Positions 48,646 through 58,748 of a stretch of DNA of 64,000 nt are shown here, one piece after another (the first letter of the stretch is position 1; every line of letters starts with the position of its first letter). The DNA comes from Candidatus Omnitrophota bacterium. Its GTDB lineage: Bacteria; Omnitrophota; Gorgyraeia; Zapsychrales; JANLHA01. The DNA lies in NCBI GenBank assembly GCA_963662715.1, contig OY759724.1, positions 2,266,662-2,330,661 on the forward strand, given 5' to 3'. Under the pieces are notes generated by a model. It was not told the origin of the DNA, did not search any database, and saw nothing but the letters and a program-made list of their open reading frames with translations. Position numbers and translations under genes: made by a program.

Positions 48646-51600
48646 TTGTATATAGATATCCTCAGTAATCCAAAAAGGAGTGGTCAAATGTTCCAAATAA
48701 TTCCTAAAACGGCTCAAAAAATGTTTTCACTAGTTCTTGTAGGGATTTTCTGTGTTTATCTTGTTTTCCCTCCAATCCTAAGCGCAGAGCTATTGAAATT
48801 GCCCGATCCGGGAACAACAATTTCTTTTAGCCCGGGATATCAGCCCGCTGTCATTGCCGGGGTGGTCGTGAATTCGGAAGATCCCCTTATGTTTGATTTC
48901 ATCATTGACAGGGGGGATTCCGGTCTTCTGGGCGCGGAATTGGAAGCAGAAACGAACAAGCTTGTAAAATATTTTCTTGCTGCTTTGACAATCCCTGAGG
49001 AAGAAGTCTGGGTGAACCTTTCTCCCTATGAAAGAGAGTTGATGATTCCGTTTGCTTTGGGTATTACGGAAATGGGAAAGGATATGTTGGCCCAGGATTA
49101 TTTGCTAAAACAGATGACCGCATCCTTGACACACCCGGAATCAGAAGTGGGGAAGAAATTCTGGGAAAAAGTTTATGAGAAAGCCTATAAACTTTACGGA
49201 ACCACGGAGATCCCGATTAATACCTTCAGTAAAGTCTGGATTGTCCCGAACAATGCTGTGGTTTTGGAAAAAGACGGAACGGCTTACGTGGTTGAGAATA
49301 CCTTGAAAGTCATGTTGGAAGAGGATTATTTGGCTATTGAAAAGAACTTGGATAATACAGAAATTGGAACAGACCAGCTTACTAAGGAACGTGTGGAATA
49401 TATAAATAATTTGTCGGCAGAGATTGTTAACGAAATTATTTTGCCCGAGTTATCCACAGAAGTGAATGAGGGCAAAAATTTTGGATTAGTCCGGCAGGTA
49501 TATAATTCCGTCATCCTTGCGACATGGTATAAAGACCGGCTAAAAGAAACACTGTTAGGCCGGATTTATGTAGATCGAAACAAGGTGGCGGGGGTTGATG
49601 TCTCAGACAAGACGATAAAAGAAAAGATTTATACCCAGTACATGGATGCGCTTCGTCAAGGTGTTTACAACTTTATTAAGGAAGATGTGGCTCCGGGAAC
49701 GAACGAAACCCTTCAGCGAAGATATTTTTCCGGAGGGATCGAGTTTGCTATTAATGTTAATAAGACCAGCAGTCCGATTCTTTTGGGGCAGAAAGCTCAA
49801 AAGAATTGGAAATCCATGAGTTCTGGAATTGCTACACGGGAAAAATCTTTTGATAATGTGGAGCGATATGTCAGAGCCAGGGTTGGCCTGAATACGACAT
49901 TGCCTATTTTAACCAATACTCAGCATGTCGCTAAAACTGTTTTGCCGAATTTGAGTTATTCAGCTGTTAATGCGGCTATAGATAACTCAACCAACATCCC
50001 GGATGACAGAAAATTAGAGTTAAAGAAAGAATTTATGGCGGCTTCTCAGGAATCCAAGAGAACCGGACGCCCGATTCAGTTAAGCCAGGTGCCGGAAATG
50101 GTGAAGGAAATTGAGTTGGGAGGAGCGAGCGGCCTGACCGAAAATTTGACCGGGGTGTTGCCTACGGTAAGTCAGGATGTCGCGGTCAGTCAAGTTGACT
50201 TTGCAAAGAATGTCGTCCCTAACCTTTCGGTTCCTATGGTCAATCAAATGATTGATCAGTCCAATCTTTCAGATAATGAAAGAGTTGTTTTAAAGGCCGA
50301 ATTTAAACAAGCCAGTGATATTGCTTTGGCGGAAAAGAAACCGATACGTCTCAGTTCTCTTCCTCAATTAGTTGGGGCTTTGGACAATATAGAAAGCGGT
50401 CTGGCTGTAGAAATAAGCCGGTCCCTGCCATCTCAGAGGCCCGATGTTGTTCAGACTCAGGTGAATGTGGCCAAACAGATCATTCCGAGCGTGAGTTCCC
50501 CGCTTATTACGCAAGCGATCGAAGGATCGAATATATCGCCGGAGAGAAAAGACACGTTAAGAAAAGAGGTGCAGGCCGAGATCAGCAAAGCCACCAGCGA
50601 GAACCGGCCGATCTCATTAGCGAACATTCCGAACCTGGCGATGGACTTAGAGAAGCCGGAGACGGGGATCGCCGCCGGCATCAGCCGTGTCCTGCCGACG
50701 TCCAGTCCGCTCGTGGAAACGGAACAGGTCTCGATGGCCAAACAGATGATCCCGAGCGTGACTCCGCAGGTTATCACGCAGGCGATCACAGGCTCGAACG
50801 TAGCACCGGAGAGGAAGGATACGTTAAGAAGAGAAGTACAGGCCGAGGTGAGCAGAGCGACCAGCGAGAACCGGCCGATCTCATTAGCGAATATTCCGAA
50901 TCTGGCGATGGATTTGGAGAAACCGGAAACAGGGATCGCTGCCGGCATCAGCCGTGTAGCGCCGAAAGCAGGCCCTGAGATGAAGGCCGGTGAAGTGAAT
51001 ATAGCGAAACAGATCCTGCCTAGCCTGACGGAAGCGGTTATCACGCAGGCGATCACAGGCTCGAACGTAGCACCGGAGAGGAAGGACACGTTAAGGAGAG
51101 AAGTCGCGGCCGAGGTGAGCAGAGCGACCAGCGAGAACCGGCCGGTCTCATTAGCGAATATTCCGAACCTGGCGATGGATTTAGAGAAACCGGAAACGGG
51201 AATCGCCGCTGGAATCAGCCGTGTTTTACCTGCCTCCAGCCCTCTCGTAGAAACGGAACAGGTCACGATGGCCAAGCAGATCATTCCGAGCGTGACTCCG
51301 CAGGTTATCACGCAGGCGATCGAAGGCTCGAACGTAGCGCCAGAGAGAAAAGACACGTTAAGGAGAGAAGTGCAGGCCGAGGTGAGCAGAGCGACCAGCG
51401 AGAACCGGCCGATCTCATTAGCGAACATCCCGAATCTGGCGATGGATTTGGAGAAACCGGAAACAGGGATCGCCGCCGGCATCAGCCAGGTAGCGCCGTC
51501 CGCAAGACCTGATACAGCAGCTGCTGAAGTGAATATAGCGAAACAGATCCTGCCGAGCGTGACTCCGCAGATTATCACACAGGCGATTGAAGGCTCGAAT

Positions 51601-54600
51601 GTCGCACCGGAGAGAAAGGATACGTTAAGAAGAGAAGTGGCGGCCGAGGTGAGCAAAGCAACCAGCGAGAACCGGCCGGTCTCATTAACGAACATCCCGA
51701 ATCTGGCGATGGATTTGGAGAAACCGGAAACAGGTATCGCCGCCGGTATCAGCCGTGTTTTACCCGCGTCCAGTCCGCTCGTAGAGACGGAACAGGTCAC
51801 GATGGCCAAACAGATTATTCCAAGTGTGACTCCGCAGGTTATCACGCAGGCGATCGAAGGCTCGAACGTAGCGCCAGAGAGAAAAGACACGTTAAGGAGA
51901 GAAGTACAGGCCGAGGTGAGCAGAGCAACCAGCGAGAACCGGCCAATCTCATTAGCGAACATTCCGAATTTGGCGATGGATTTGGAGAAACCGGAGACGG
52001 GGATAGCCGCCGGCATCAGCCGGGTGGCTCCGAAAGCAGGCCCTGAAATGAAGGCCGGTGAAGTGAATATAGCGAAACAGATCCTGCCCAGCCTGACGGA
52101 AGCGGTTATCACGCAGGCGATCACAGGCTCAAACGTAGCGCCGGAGAGAAAAGACACGTTAAGGAGAGAAGTAGCGGCCGAGGTGAGCAAAGCGACCAGC
52201 GAGAACCGGCCGATTTCATTAGCGAATATTCCGAATCTGACGATGGATTTGGAGAAACCGGAGACAGGTATCGCCGCCGGTATCAGCCGTGTTCTGCCGA
52301 CGTCCAGTCCGCTCGTAGAGACGGAACAGGTCACGATGGCCAAGAATATCATCCCGAGCGTGAGTCCGCAGGTTATCACACAGGCGATTGAAACCGCGAA
52401 TGTGACACCGCAAAGAAAAGACACGTTAAGGAGAGAAGTGGCGGCCGAGGTGAGCAAAGCAACCAGCGAGAACCGGCCGGTCTCATTAGCGAACATCCCG
52501 AATCTGACCATGGATTTGGAGAAACCGGAAACAGGGATCGCCGCCGGCATCAGCCGTGTTTTACCCGCGTCCAGTCCGCTCGTAGAGACGGAACAGGTAG
52601 CGATGGCCAAACAGATCATTCCGAGCGTGACTCCGCAGGTTATCACGCAGGCGATCGAAGGCTCGAACGTAGCGCCGGAGAGAAAGGACACGTTAAGGAG
52701 AGAAGTGGCGGCTGAGGTGAGCAGAGCGACCAGCGAAAACCGGCCGGTCTCATTAGCGAACATCCCGAACCTGGCGATGGATTTAGAGAAACCGGAGACG
52801 GGGATCGCCGCCGGAATCAGCCGGGTAGCGCCGAAAGCAGGCCCGGTGACAGCAGCCGGTGAAGTGAATATAGCAAAACAGATCCTGCCCAGCCTGACGG
52901 AAGCGGTAATTACTCAGGCGATCTCAGGATCGAACGTAGCGCCGCAGAGAAAAGACACGTTAAGGAGAGAAGTGGCGGCCGAGGTGAGCAAAGCGACCAG
53001 CGAGAACCGGCCGATCTCATTAGCGAATATTCCGAATTTGACGATGGATTTAGAGAAACCGGAAACGGGGATAGCCGCCGGCATCAGCCGTGTTATGCCG
53101 ACGTCCAGTCCGCTCGTAGAGACGGAACAGATCACGATGGCCAAACAGATCATTCCAAGCGTGACTCCGCAGGTTATCACGCAGGCGATCGAAGGCTCGA
53201 ACGTAGCACCACAGAGAAAGGACACGTTAAGGAGAGAAGTAGCGGCCGAGGTGAGCAGAGCAACCAGCGAGAACCGGCCGGTCTCATTAGCGAATATTCC
53301 GAATTTGGCGATGGATTTAGAGAAGCCGGAAACGGGAATAGCCGCCGGAATCAGCCGTGTTCTGCCAACGTCCAGTCCGCTCGTAGAGACGGAACAGGTC
53401 ACGATGGCCAAGCAGATCATTCCGAGCGTGACTCCGCAGGTTATCACGCAGGCGATCGAAGGCTCGAACGTAGCGCCGGAAAGAAAAGACACGTTAAGGA
53501 GAGAAGTAGCGGCCGAGGTGAGCAGAGCGACCAGCGAGAACCGGCCGGTCTCATTAGCGAACATCCCGAATCTGGCGATGGATCTGGAGAAACCGGAGAC
53601 GGGGATTGCCGCCGGGATCAGCCGGGTAGCGCCGTCCGCCAGACCTGACACGGCAGCCGGTGAAGTGAATATAGCAAAACAAATCCTGCCCAGCCTGACG
53701 GAAGCGGTAATCACGCAGGCGATTTCAGGCTCGAATGTTGCGCCGGAGAGAAAAGACACGTTAAGAAGAGAAGTCGCGGCCGAGGTGAGCAAAGCGACCA
53801 GCGAGAACCGGCCGGTCTCATTAGCGAATATTCCGAACCTGGCGATGGATTTAGAGAAACCGGAGACGGGGATAGCCGCCGGCATCAGCCGGGTTTTACC
53901 TGCGTCCAGTCCGCTCGTAGCGACGGAACAGATCACGATGGCCAAACAGATCATTCCGAGCGTGAGTCCGCAGGTTATCACGCAGGCGATCGAAGGCTCG
54001 AACATAGCGCCGGAGAGAAAGGACACGTTAAGGAGAGAAGTCGCGGCCGAGGTGAGCAAAGCGACCAGCGAGAACCGGCCGGTCTCATTAGCGAACATCC
54101 CGAATCTGGCGATGGATCTGGAGAAACCGGAGACGGGGATAGCCGCCGGCATCAGCCGTGTTATGCCGACGTCCAGTCCGCTCGTAGAGACGGAACAGAT
54201 CACGATGGCCAAACAGATCATTCCAAGCGTGACTCCGCAGGTTATCACGCAGGCGATCGAAGGCTCGAACGTAGCACCACAGAGAAAGGACACGTTAAGG
54301 AGAGAAGTAGCGGCCGAGGTGAGCAGAGCGACCAGCGAGAACCGGCCGATCTCATTAGCGAACGTCCCGAATCTGGCGATGGATTTAGAGAAACCGGAGA
54401 CGGGGATCGCCGCCGGAATCAGCCGGGTAGCTCCGAAAGCAGGCCCGGTGACAGCAGCCGGTGAAGTGAATATAGCAAAACAGATCCTGCCCAGCCTGAC
54501 GGAAGCGGTAATTACGCAGACGATTTCAGGCTCGAACGTAGCACCGGAGAGAAAAGACACGTTAAGGAGAGAAGTGGCGGCCGAGGTGAGCAAAGCGACC

Positions 54601-57600
54601 AGCGAGAACCGGCCGATCTCATTAGCGAACATCCCGAATCTGGTGATGGATTTGGAGAAACCGGAGACGGGGATCGCCGCCGGAATCAGCCGTGTTCTGC
54701 CGACGTCCAGTCCGCTCGTAGAGACGGAACAGGTCACGATGGCCAAGCAGATCATTCCGAGCGTGAGTCCGCAGATTATCACGCAGGCGATCTCGGGCTC
54801 GAATGTTGCACCACAGAGAAAAGACACGTTAAGGAGAGAAGTGGCGGCCGAGGTGAGCAGAGCGACCAGCGAGAACCGGCCGATCTCACTAGCGAACATC
54901 CCGAATCTGGCGATGGATCTGGAGAAACCGGAGACGGGGATAGCCGCCGGAATCAGCCGTGTTATGCCGACATCCAGTCCGCTCGTAGAGACGGAACAGG
55001 TAGCGATGGCCAAACAGATCATTCCGAGCGTGACTCCGCAGATTATCACTCAGGCGATCGAAGGCTCGAACGTAGCACCACAGAGAAAGGACACGTTAAG
55101 GAGAGAAGTACAGGCCGAGGTGAGCAGAGCAACCAGCGAGAACCGGCCGATTTCATTAGCGAACATCCCGAATCTGGCGATGGATTTAGAGAAACCGGAA
55201 ACGGGGATAGCTGCCGGGATCAGCCGGATAGCTCCGAAAGCAGGCCCTGAGACGAAAGCCGGGGAAGTGAATATAGCAAAACAAATCCTGCCCAGCCTGA
55301 CGGAAGCGGTTATCACGCAGGCGATTTCAGGCTCGAACGTAGCGCCGGAAAGAAAGGACACGTTAAGGAGAGAAGTACAGGCCGAGGTGAGCAGAGCGAC
55401 CAGCGAGAACCGGCCGATCTCATTAGCGAACATCCCGAATCTGGCGATGGATTTGGAGAAACCGGAAACAGGGATCGCCGCCGGAATCAGCCGTGTTATG
55501 CCGACGTCCAGTCCGCTCGTAGAGACGGAACAGGTCACGATGGCCAAACAGATCATTCCGAGCGTGACTCCGCAGGTTATCACGCAGGCGATCGAAGGCT
55601 CGAACGTAGCGCCGGAAAGAAAGGATACGTTAAGGAGAGAGGTGCAGGCCGAGGTGAGCAGAGCGACCAGCGAGAACCGGCCGGTCTCATTAGCGAACAT
55701 CCCGAATCTGGCGATGGATTTGGAGAAACCGGAGACGGGGATCGCCGCCGGCATCAGCCGGGTGGCGCCGTCCGCAAGACCAGATACAGCAGCTGCTGAA
55801 GTGAATATAGCAAAACAGATTCTGCCCAGCCTGACGGAAGCCGTGATTACGCAGGCGATCTCAGGCTCGAACGTTGCACCACAGAGAAAAGACACGTTAA
55901 GGAGAGAAGTACAGGCCGAGGTGAGTAAAGCGACCAGCGAGAACCGGCCGATCTCATTAGCGAACATCCCGAATCTGGCGATGGATTTAGAGAAACCGGA
56001 AACGGGGATCGCCGCCGGCATCAGCCGTGTTATGCCGACGTCCAGTCCGCTCGTAGAGACGGAACAGGTCACGATGGCCAAACAGATCATTCCAAGCGTG
56101 ACTCCGCAGATTATCACGCAGGCGATCGAAGGCTCGAACGTAGCGCCGGAAAGAAAAGACACGTTAAGGAGAGAAGTGGCGGCCGAGGTGAGCAAAGCGA
56201 CCAGCGAGAACCGGCCGGTCTCATTAGCGAACATCCCGAACCTGGCGATGGATCTGGAGAAACCAGAAACAGGGATCGCTGCCGGCATCAGCCGGGTAGC
56301 GCCGAAAGCAGGCCCTGAGATGAAAGCCGGTGAAGTGAATATAGCAAAACAGATCCTGCCCAGCCTGACGGAAGCGGTAATTACGCAGGCGATTTCAGGC
56401 TCGAATGTTGCGCCGGAGAGAAAAGACACGTTAAGAAGAGAAGTACAGGCCGAGGTGAGCAAAGCGACCAGCGAGAACCGGCCGATCTCATTAGCGAACA
56501 TCCCGAACCTGGCGATGGATTTAGAGAAACCGGAGACAGGGATCGCCGCCGGCATCAGCCGTGTTCTGCCGACGTCCAGTCCGCTCGTAGAGACGGAGCA
56601 GGTCACGGTGGCCAAACAGATCATTCCGAGCGTGAGTCCGCAGATTATCACGCAGGCGATCGAAGGCTCGAACGTAGCACCACAGAGAAAAGACACGTTA
56701 AGGAGAGAAGTGGCGGCCGAGGTGAGCAAAGCGACCAGCGAGAACCGGCCGATCTCATTAGCGAACGTCCCGAATCTGGCGATGGATTTAGAGAAACCGG
56801 AGACGGGGATCGCCGCCGGCATCAGCCGGGTCGTCCCTGCATTAACTTCTCAAGTTTCTTCAGAACGTATTTCAACTGCACAGGATATGGTTCCTAACCT
56901 CAGCCCGGCTATTATTGCAGACGCAATCAATACTGCCTCGTTGCCGGAAGCTGCTCGTCGGGAATTGCAGCAGGAATTTGAGCCTGTGAGCCGGAAAGCT
57001 TTATCAGAAGGCAAAACGGTTGAGATGAAGAATTTGCCTAAATTGGCAGCTGCTATTAATAATCCCACAACGAGGATAGCTGAAAATTTATTGAGAAATG
57101 TTCCTGCAACACCTTCGGTGGAAACTCAGGCGATGCAAATTGAATCAGTTAAAGCGATCCTGCCTCAACTTTCATCACCGATAGTCGCTCAGGCGATCAG
57201 TGAATCCAATCTTTCGGAACAAGAGCAGGTCGATTTGATCGGTAAATTTACGGTCGCAAGTAATTTGGCCGAGAAAACCGGACGTTTCGTTGACATTAAT
57301 GCGATCCCCGGGCTTGTTCAGGCCATTGAAAAACCGGATACCGGATTAGCTCTTCAATTAGCCAAAGCCGTTCCTACCAAATTGGAATCCGCCGTGAATA
57401 AGCAGAATTTAAAAGTGAATACGCTTTCTTCTTTAGCCAATCAGACGAGAGAGCTTGATGCTTTATTCAGAAAAGCGCCTGATATTGGAGCCAGGGAAAG
57501 AGAGCAGCTTATTCAGGAGATTCAGCAGCTCAAGAGAACAGGCGGTCTGTCGGATATTAAGAAATTCCGTTCACAAGCATCACCGGAACTTTTAGCCCGG

Positions 57601-57864
57601 GTAACCAAACCTCCGATCGGCCCAGAGCTGGAAAGAGTCGGTGGTATTAATTTGAACGCCAAGCTCTTTGATTTTCAAATTAATAAGGAGGGGAAGGGCA
57701 TTGATATCCCTATCGCTCTAAAAGATGGTCAGGAAATCAATTTTGGCGGTCTGGAGCCGTTTGTCATCGAAGTTGTTCCGGCGACGCCAGAATCTATTCC
57801 ATTCAATGAATCCAGTACTGATACAGCTGTGAAAGATGATCCTTTGAGAATTTCGAAATACTAG
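48646..57864 (+). CDS. Giant secreted/membrane-anchored repeat protein (3,072 aa by the track, 3,058 aa if the start is the ATG at 48688). It has an N-terminal signal anchor, a unique domain of about 400 aa, about 24 near-identical 89-aa tandem repeats flanked by degenerate copies, and a unique C-terminal domain of about 330 aa.
   Basis: A single 9.2-kb open frame. SD 'AAAGGAG' before the ATG at 48688 (MFQIIPKTAQKMFSLVLVGIFCVYLVFPPILSA). Repeat unit: 'VAPERKDTLRREVAAEVSKATSENRPISLANIPNLAMDLEKPETGIAAGISRVLPTSSPLVETEQVTMAKQIIPSVTPQVITQAIEGSN'. Confidence 0.85.
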   Translation: MYIDILSNPKRSGQMFQIIPKTAQKMFSLVLVGIFCVYLVFPPILSAELLKLPDPGTTISFSPGYQPAVIAGVVVNSEDPLMFDFIIDRGDSGLLGAELEAETNKLVKYFLAALTIPEEEVWVNLSPYERELMIPFALGITEMGKDMLAQDYLLKQMTASLTHPESEVGKKFWEKVYEKAYKLYGTTEIPINTFSKVWIVPNNAVVLEKDGTAYVVENTLKVMLEEDYLAIEKNLDNTEIGTDQLTKERVEYINNLSAEIVNEIILPELSTEVNEGKNFGLVRQVYNSVILATWYKDRLKETLLGRIYVDRNKVAGVDVSDKTIKEKIYTQYMDALRQGVYNFIKEDVAPGTNETLQRRYFSGGIEFAINVNKTSSPILLGQKAQKNWKSMSSGIATREKSFDNVERYVRARVGLNTTLPILTNTQHVAKTVLPNLSYSAVNAAIDNSTNIPDDRKLELKKEFMAASQESKRTGRPIQLSQVPEMVKEIELGGASGLTENLTGVLPTVSQDVAVSQVDFAKNVVPNLSVPMVNQMIDQSNLSDNERVVLKAEFKQASDIALAEKKPIRLSSLPQLVGALDNIESGLAVEISRSLPSQRPDVVQTQVNVAKQIIPSVSSPLITQAIEGSNISPERKDTLRKEVQAEISKATSENRPISLANIPNLAMDLEKPETGIAAGISRVLPTSSPLVETEQVSMAKQMIPSVTPQVITQAITGSNVAPERKDTLRREVQAEVSRATSENRPISLANIPNLAMDLEKPETGIAAGISRVAPKAGPEMKAGEVNIAKQILPSLTEAVITQAITGSNVAPERKDTLRREVAAEVSRATSENRPVSLANIPNLAMDLEKPETGIAAGISRVLPASSPLVETEQVTMAKQIIPSVTPQVITQAIEGSNVAPERKDTLRREVQAEVSRATSENRPISLANIPNLAMDLEKPETGIAAGISQVAPSARPDTAAAEVNIAKQILPSVTPQIITQAIEGSNVAPERKDTLRREVAAEVSKATSENRPVSLTNIPNLAMDLEKPETGIAAGISRVLPASSPLVETEQVTMAKQIIPSVTPQVITQAIEGSNVAPERKDTLRREVQAEVSRATSENRPISLANIPNLAMDLEKPETGIAAGISRVAPKAGPEMKAGEVNIAKQILPSLTEAVITQAITGSNVAPERKDTLRREVAAEVSKATSENRPISLANIPNLTMDLEKPETGIAAGISRVLPTSSPLVETEQVTMAKNIIPSVSPQVITQAIETANVTPQRKDTLRREVAAEVSKATSENRPVSLANIPNLTMDLEKPETGIAAGISRVLPASSPLVETEQVAMAKQIIPSVTPQVITQAIEGSNVAPERKDTLRREVAAEVSRATSENRPVSLANIPNLAMDLEKPETGIAAGISRVAPKAGPVTAAGEVNIAKQILPSLTEAVITQAISGSNVAPQRKDTLRREVAAEVSKATSENRPISLANIPNLTMDLEKPETGIAAGISRVMPTSSPLVETEQITMAKQIIPSVTPQVITQAIEGSNVAPQRKDTLRREVAAEVSRATSENRPVSLANIPNLAMDLEKPETGIAAGISRVLPTSSPLVETEQVTMAKQIIPSVTPQVITQAIEGSNVAPERKDTLRREVAAEVSRATSENRPVSLANIPNLAMDLEKPETGIAAGISRVAPSARPDTAAGEVNIAKQILPSLTEAVITQAISGSNVAPERKDTLRREVAAEVSKATSENRPVSLANIPNLAMDLEKPETGIAAGISRVLPASSPLVATEQITMAKQIIPSVSPQVITQAIEGSNIAPERKDTLRREVAAEVSKATSENRPVSLANIPNLAMDLEKPETGIAAGISRVMPTSSPLVETEQITMAKQIIPSVTPQVITQAIEGSNVAPQRKDTLRREVAAEVSRATSENRPISLANVPNLAMDLEKPETGIAAGISRVAPKAGPVTAAGEVNIAKQILPSLTEAVITQTISGSNVAPERKDTLRREVAAEVSKATSENRPISLANIPNLVMDLEKPETGIAAGISRVLPTSSPLVETEQVTMAKQIIPSVSPQIITQAISGSNVAPQRKDTLRREVAAEVSRATSENRPISLANIPNLAMDLEKPETGIAAGISRVMPTSSPLVETEQVAMAKQIIPSVTPQIITQAIEGSNVAPQRKDTLRREVQAEVSRATSENRPISLANIPNLAMDLEKPETGIAAGISRIAPKAGPETKAGEVNIAKQILPSLTEAVITQAISGSNVAPERKDTLRREVQAEVSRATSENRPISLANIPNLAMDLEKPETGIAAGISRVMPTSSPLVETEQVTMAKQIIPSVTPQVITQAIEGSNVAPERKDTLRREVQAEVSRATSENRPVSLANIPNLAMDLEKPETGIAAGISRVAPSARPDTAAAEVNIAKQILPSLTEAVITQAISGSNVAPQRKDTLRREVQAEVSKATSENRPISLANIPNLAMDLEKPETGIAAGISRVMPTSSPLVETEQVTMAKQIIPSVTPQIITQAIEGSNVAPERKDTLRREVAAEVSKATSENRPVSLANIPNLAMDLEKPETGIAAGISRVAPKAGPEMKAGEVNIAKQILPSLTEAVITQAISGSNVAPERKDTLRREVQAEVSKATSENRPISLANIPNLAMDLEKPETGIAAGISRVLPTSSPLVETEQVTVAKQIIPSVSPQIITQAIEGSNVAPQRKDTLRREVAAEVSKATSENRPISLANVPNLAMDLEKPETGIAAGISRVVPALTSQVSSERISTAQDMVPNLSPAIIADAINTASLPEAARRELQQEFEPVSRKALSEGKTVEMKNLPKLAAAINNPTTRIAENLLRNVPATPSVETQAMQIESVKAILPQLSSPIVAQAISESNLSEQEQVDLIGKFTVASNLAEKTGRFVDINAIPGLVQAIEKPDTGLALQLAKAVPTKLESAVNKQNLKVNTLSSLANQTRELDALFRKAPDIGAREREQLIQEIQQLKRTGGLSDIKKFRSQASPELLARVTKPPIGPELERVGGINLNAKLFDFQINKEGKGIDIPIALKDGQEINFGGLEPFVIEVVPATPESIPFNESSTDTAVKDDPLRISKY
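50410..56850 (+). repeat. Tandem array of about 24 copies of a 267-bp unit, roughly 90-97% identical at the nucleotide level, inside the giant gene. Three unit subtypes are interspersed.
   Basis: The 267-bp periodicity is visible directly: 'atcagccgtgt...' recurs at 50680, 50947, 51214 and onward. Confidence 0.9.
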
Positions 57865-57888
57865 TATTCATTGACACGGTATTGAAAA

Positions 57889-57920
57889 GGCGGGAATCAT
57901 GATTGATTCCCGCCTTTTTG
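57889..57920 (+). terminator. Rho-independent terminator of the giant gene.
   Basis: 'ggcgggaatca-tgat-tgattcccgcc' followed by 'tttttg'. Confidence 0.8.
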
Positions 57921-57929
57921 TTATCGCGA

Positions 57930-58480
57930 AAAAACCACGGCCATGAGGCCGTGGATGAAGCGTTTCCGAGGTCTTGGTTGCGTATGATACAATGGGTGCA
58001 TGAGATATTTGAAGCAAGGACACACAGTTTACTATGCCAGATACCATATTGTCATTTGTACAAGATATAGGCGAAAGATATTGCGATGGGGTTCGGCGGA
58101 GTATGTCAAAAGATGCGTTTTGGGAGTGATGAGACGGTATCCTGAGATCATCATTGAAAAAGTAAATACAGATTTAGATCATATGCATCTTTTGGCATCA
58201 ATTCCGCCGAAGATGGCTGTAAGTCATGCAGTAAATCTGATTAAGAGTAACACAGCAAAGCTGATGAGGCGGCGATATAAGTTTTTAGACAAGATGTATG
58301 TGAAAAAGGCAGGGATATGGTCAGCAGGGTATTTTGTGTCAACGGTTGGAGCCGACGAAGAATCGATAAAGCGATACATCGAATATCAAGGCCGGGAAGA
58401 CCGAGGACAAACGCAGATAGAATTTTAGCTGCGTTTGCACAGTCAAAATAGTTAAGAAACCACGGCCGTGAGGCCGTGGA
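57930..58480 (+). mobile_element. IS200/IS605-family insertion sequence carrying tnpA only, bracketed by identical 20-bp palindromes.
   Basis: The palindrome 'ccacggcc(a/g)tgaggccgtgg' occurs at 57935-57954 and again at 58460-58479 in the same orientation, flanking a Y1-transposase ORF. Confidence 0.75.
58000..58428 (+). CDS. tnpA: IS200-type Y1 (HuH) transposase TnpA.
   Basis: 'YYARYHIVICTRYRRKIL', 'DHMHLLASIPPK' (the HuH motif) and 'WSAGYFVSTVG' (catalytic Tyr), at 142 aa. Confidence 0.85.
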   Translation: MRYLKQGHTVYYARYHIVICTRYRRKILRWGSAEYVKRCVLGVMRRYPEIIIEKVNTDLDHMHLLASIPPKMAVSHAVNLIKSNTAKLMRRRYKFLDKMYVKKAGIWSAGYFVSTVGADEESIKRYIEYQGREDRGQTQIEF

Positions 58481-58748
58481 GTTTCATTGTGCCAATCATA
58501 AATGGCCAGAAAATGATTTAAAGCATTGATTTCCCCTTCAAATATCTATATAGTTTAGAAGTAAGTTTTGTTCCTGTTTGGGCCCGTTGCGAGGTTGAAC
58601 ATTCCCCTCTTTGCGCTATGAGTGTCCTCCTCTTGATTGAGGCGTGCCTGGTTGGGTTTTTAATAAATTCATATTTTATATGATCTCGTCGTTTTTTATC
58701 CTTTTCAATATCACGCAAAACTGTTGCGGGCTTATCATAAGAAAAGAC

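Noticed and set aside
50457-56822. Three very long minus-strand ORFs (768, 711 and 590 aa) inside the giant gene, translating to hydrophobic 'AAIPVSGFSKSIARFGMFANEIGRFSLVALLTSA...' repeats.
   Set aside because: They are antisense shadows of the 267-bp tandem repeat; the repeated unit simply lacks stop codons in that frame. They begin and end at arbitrary points inside the array, and they have no independent start, RBS or non-repeat sequence. The + strand frame forms one coherent protein with a signal peptide and unique termini.
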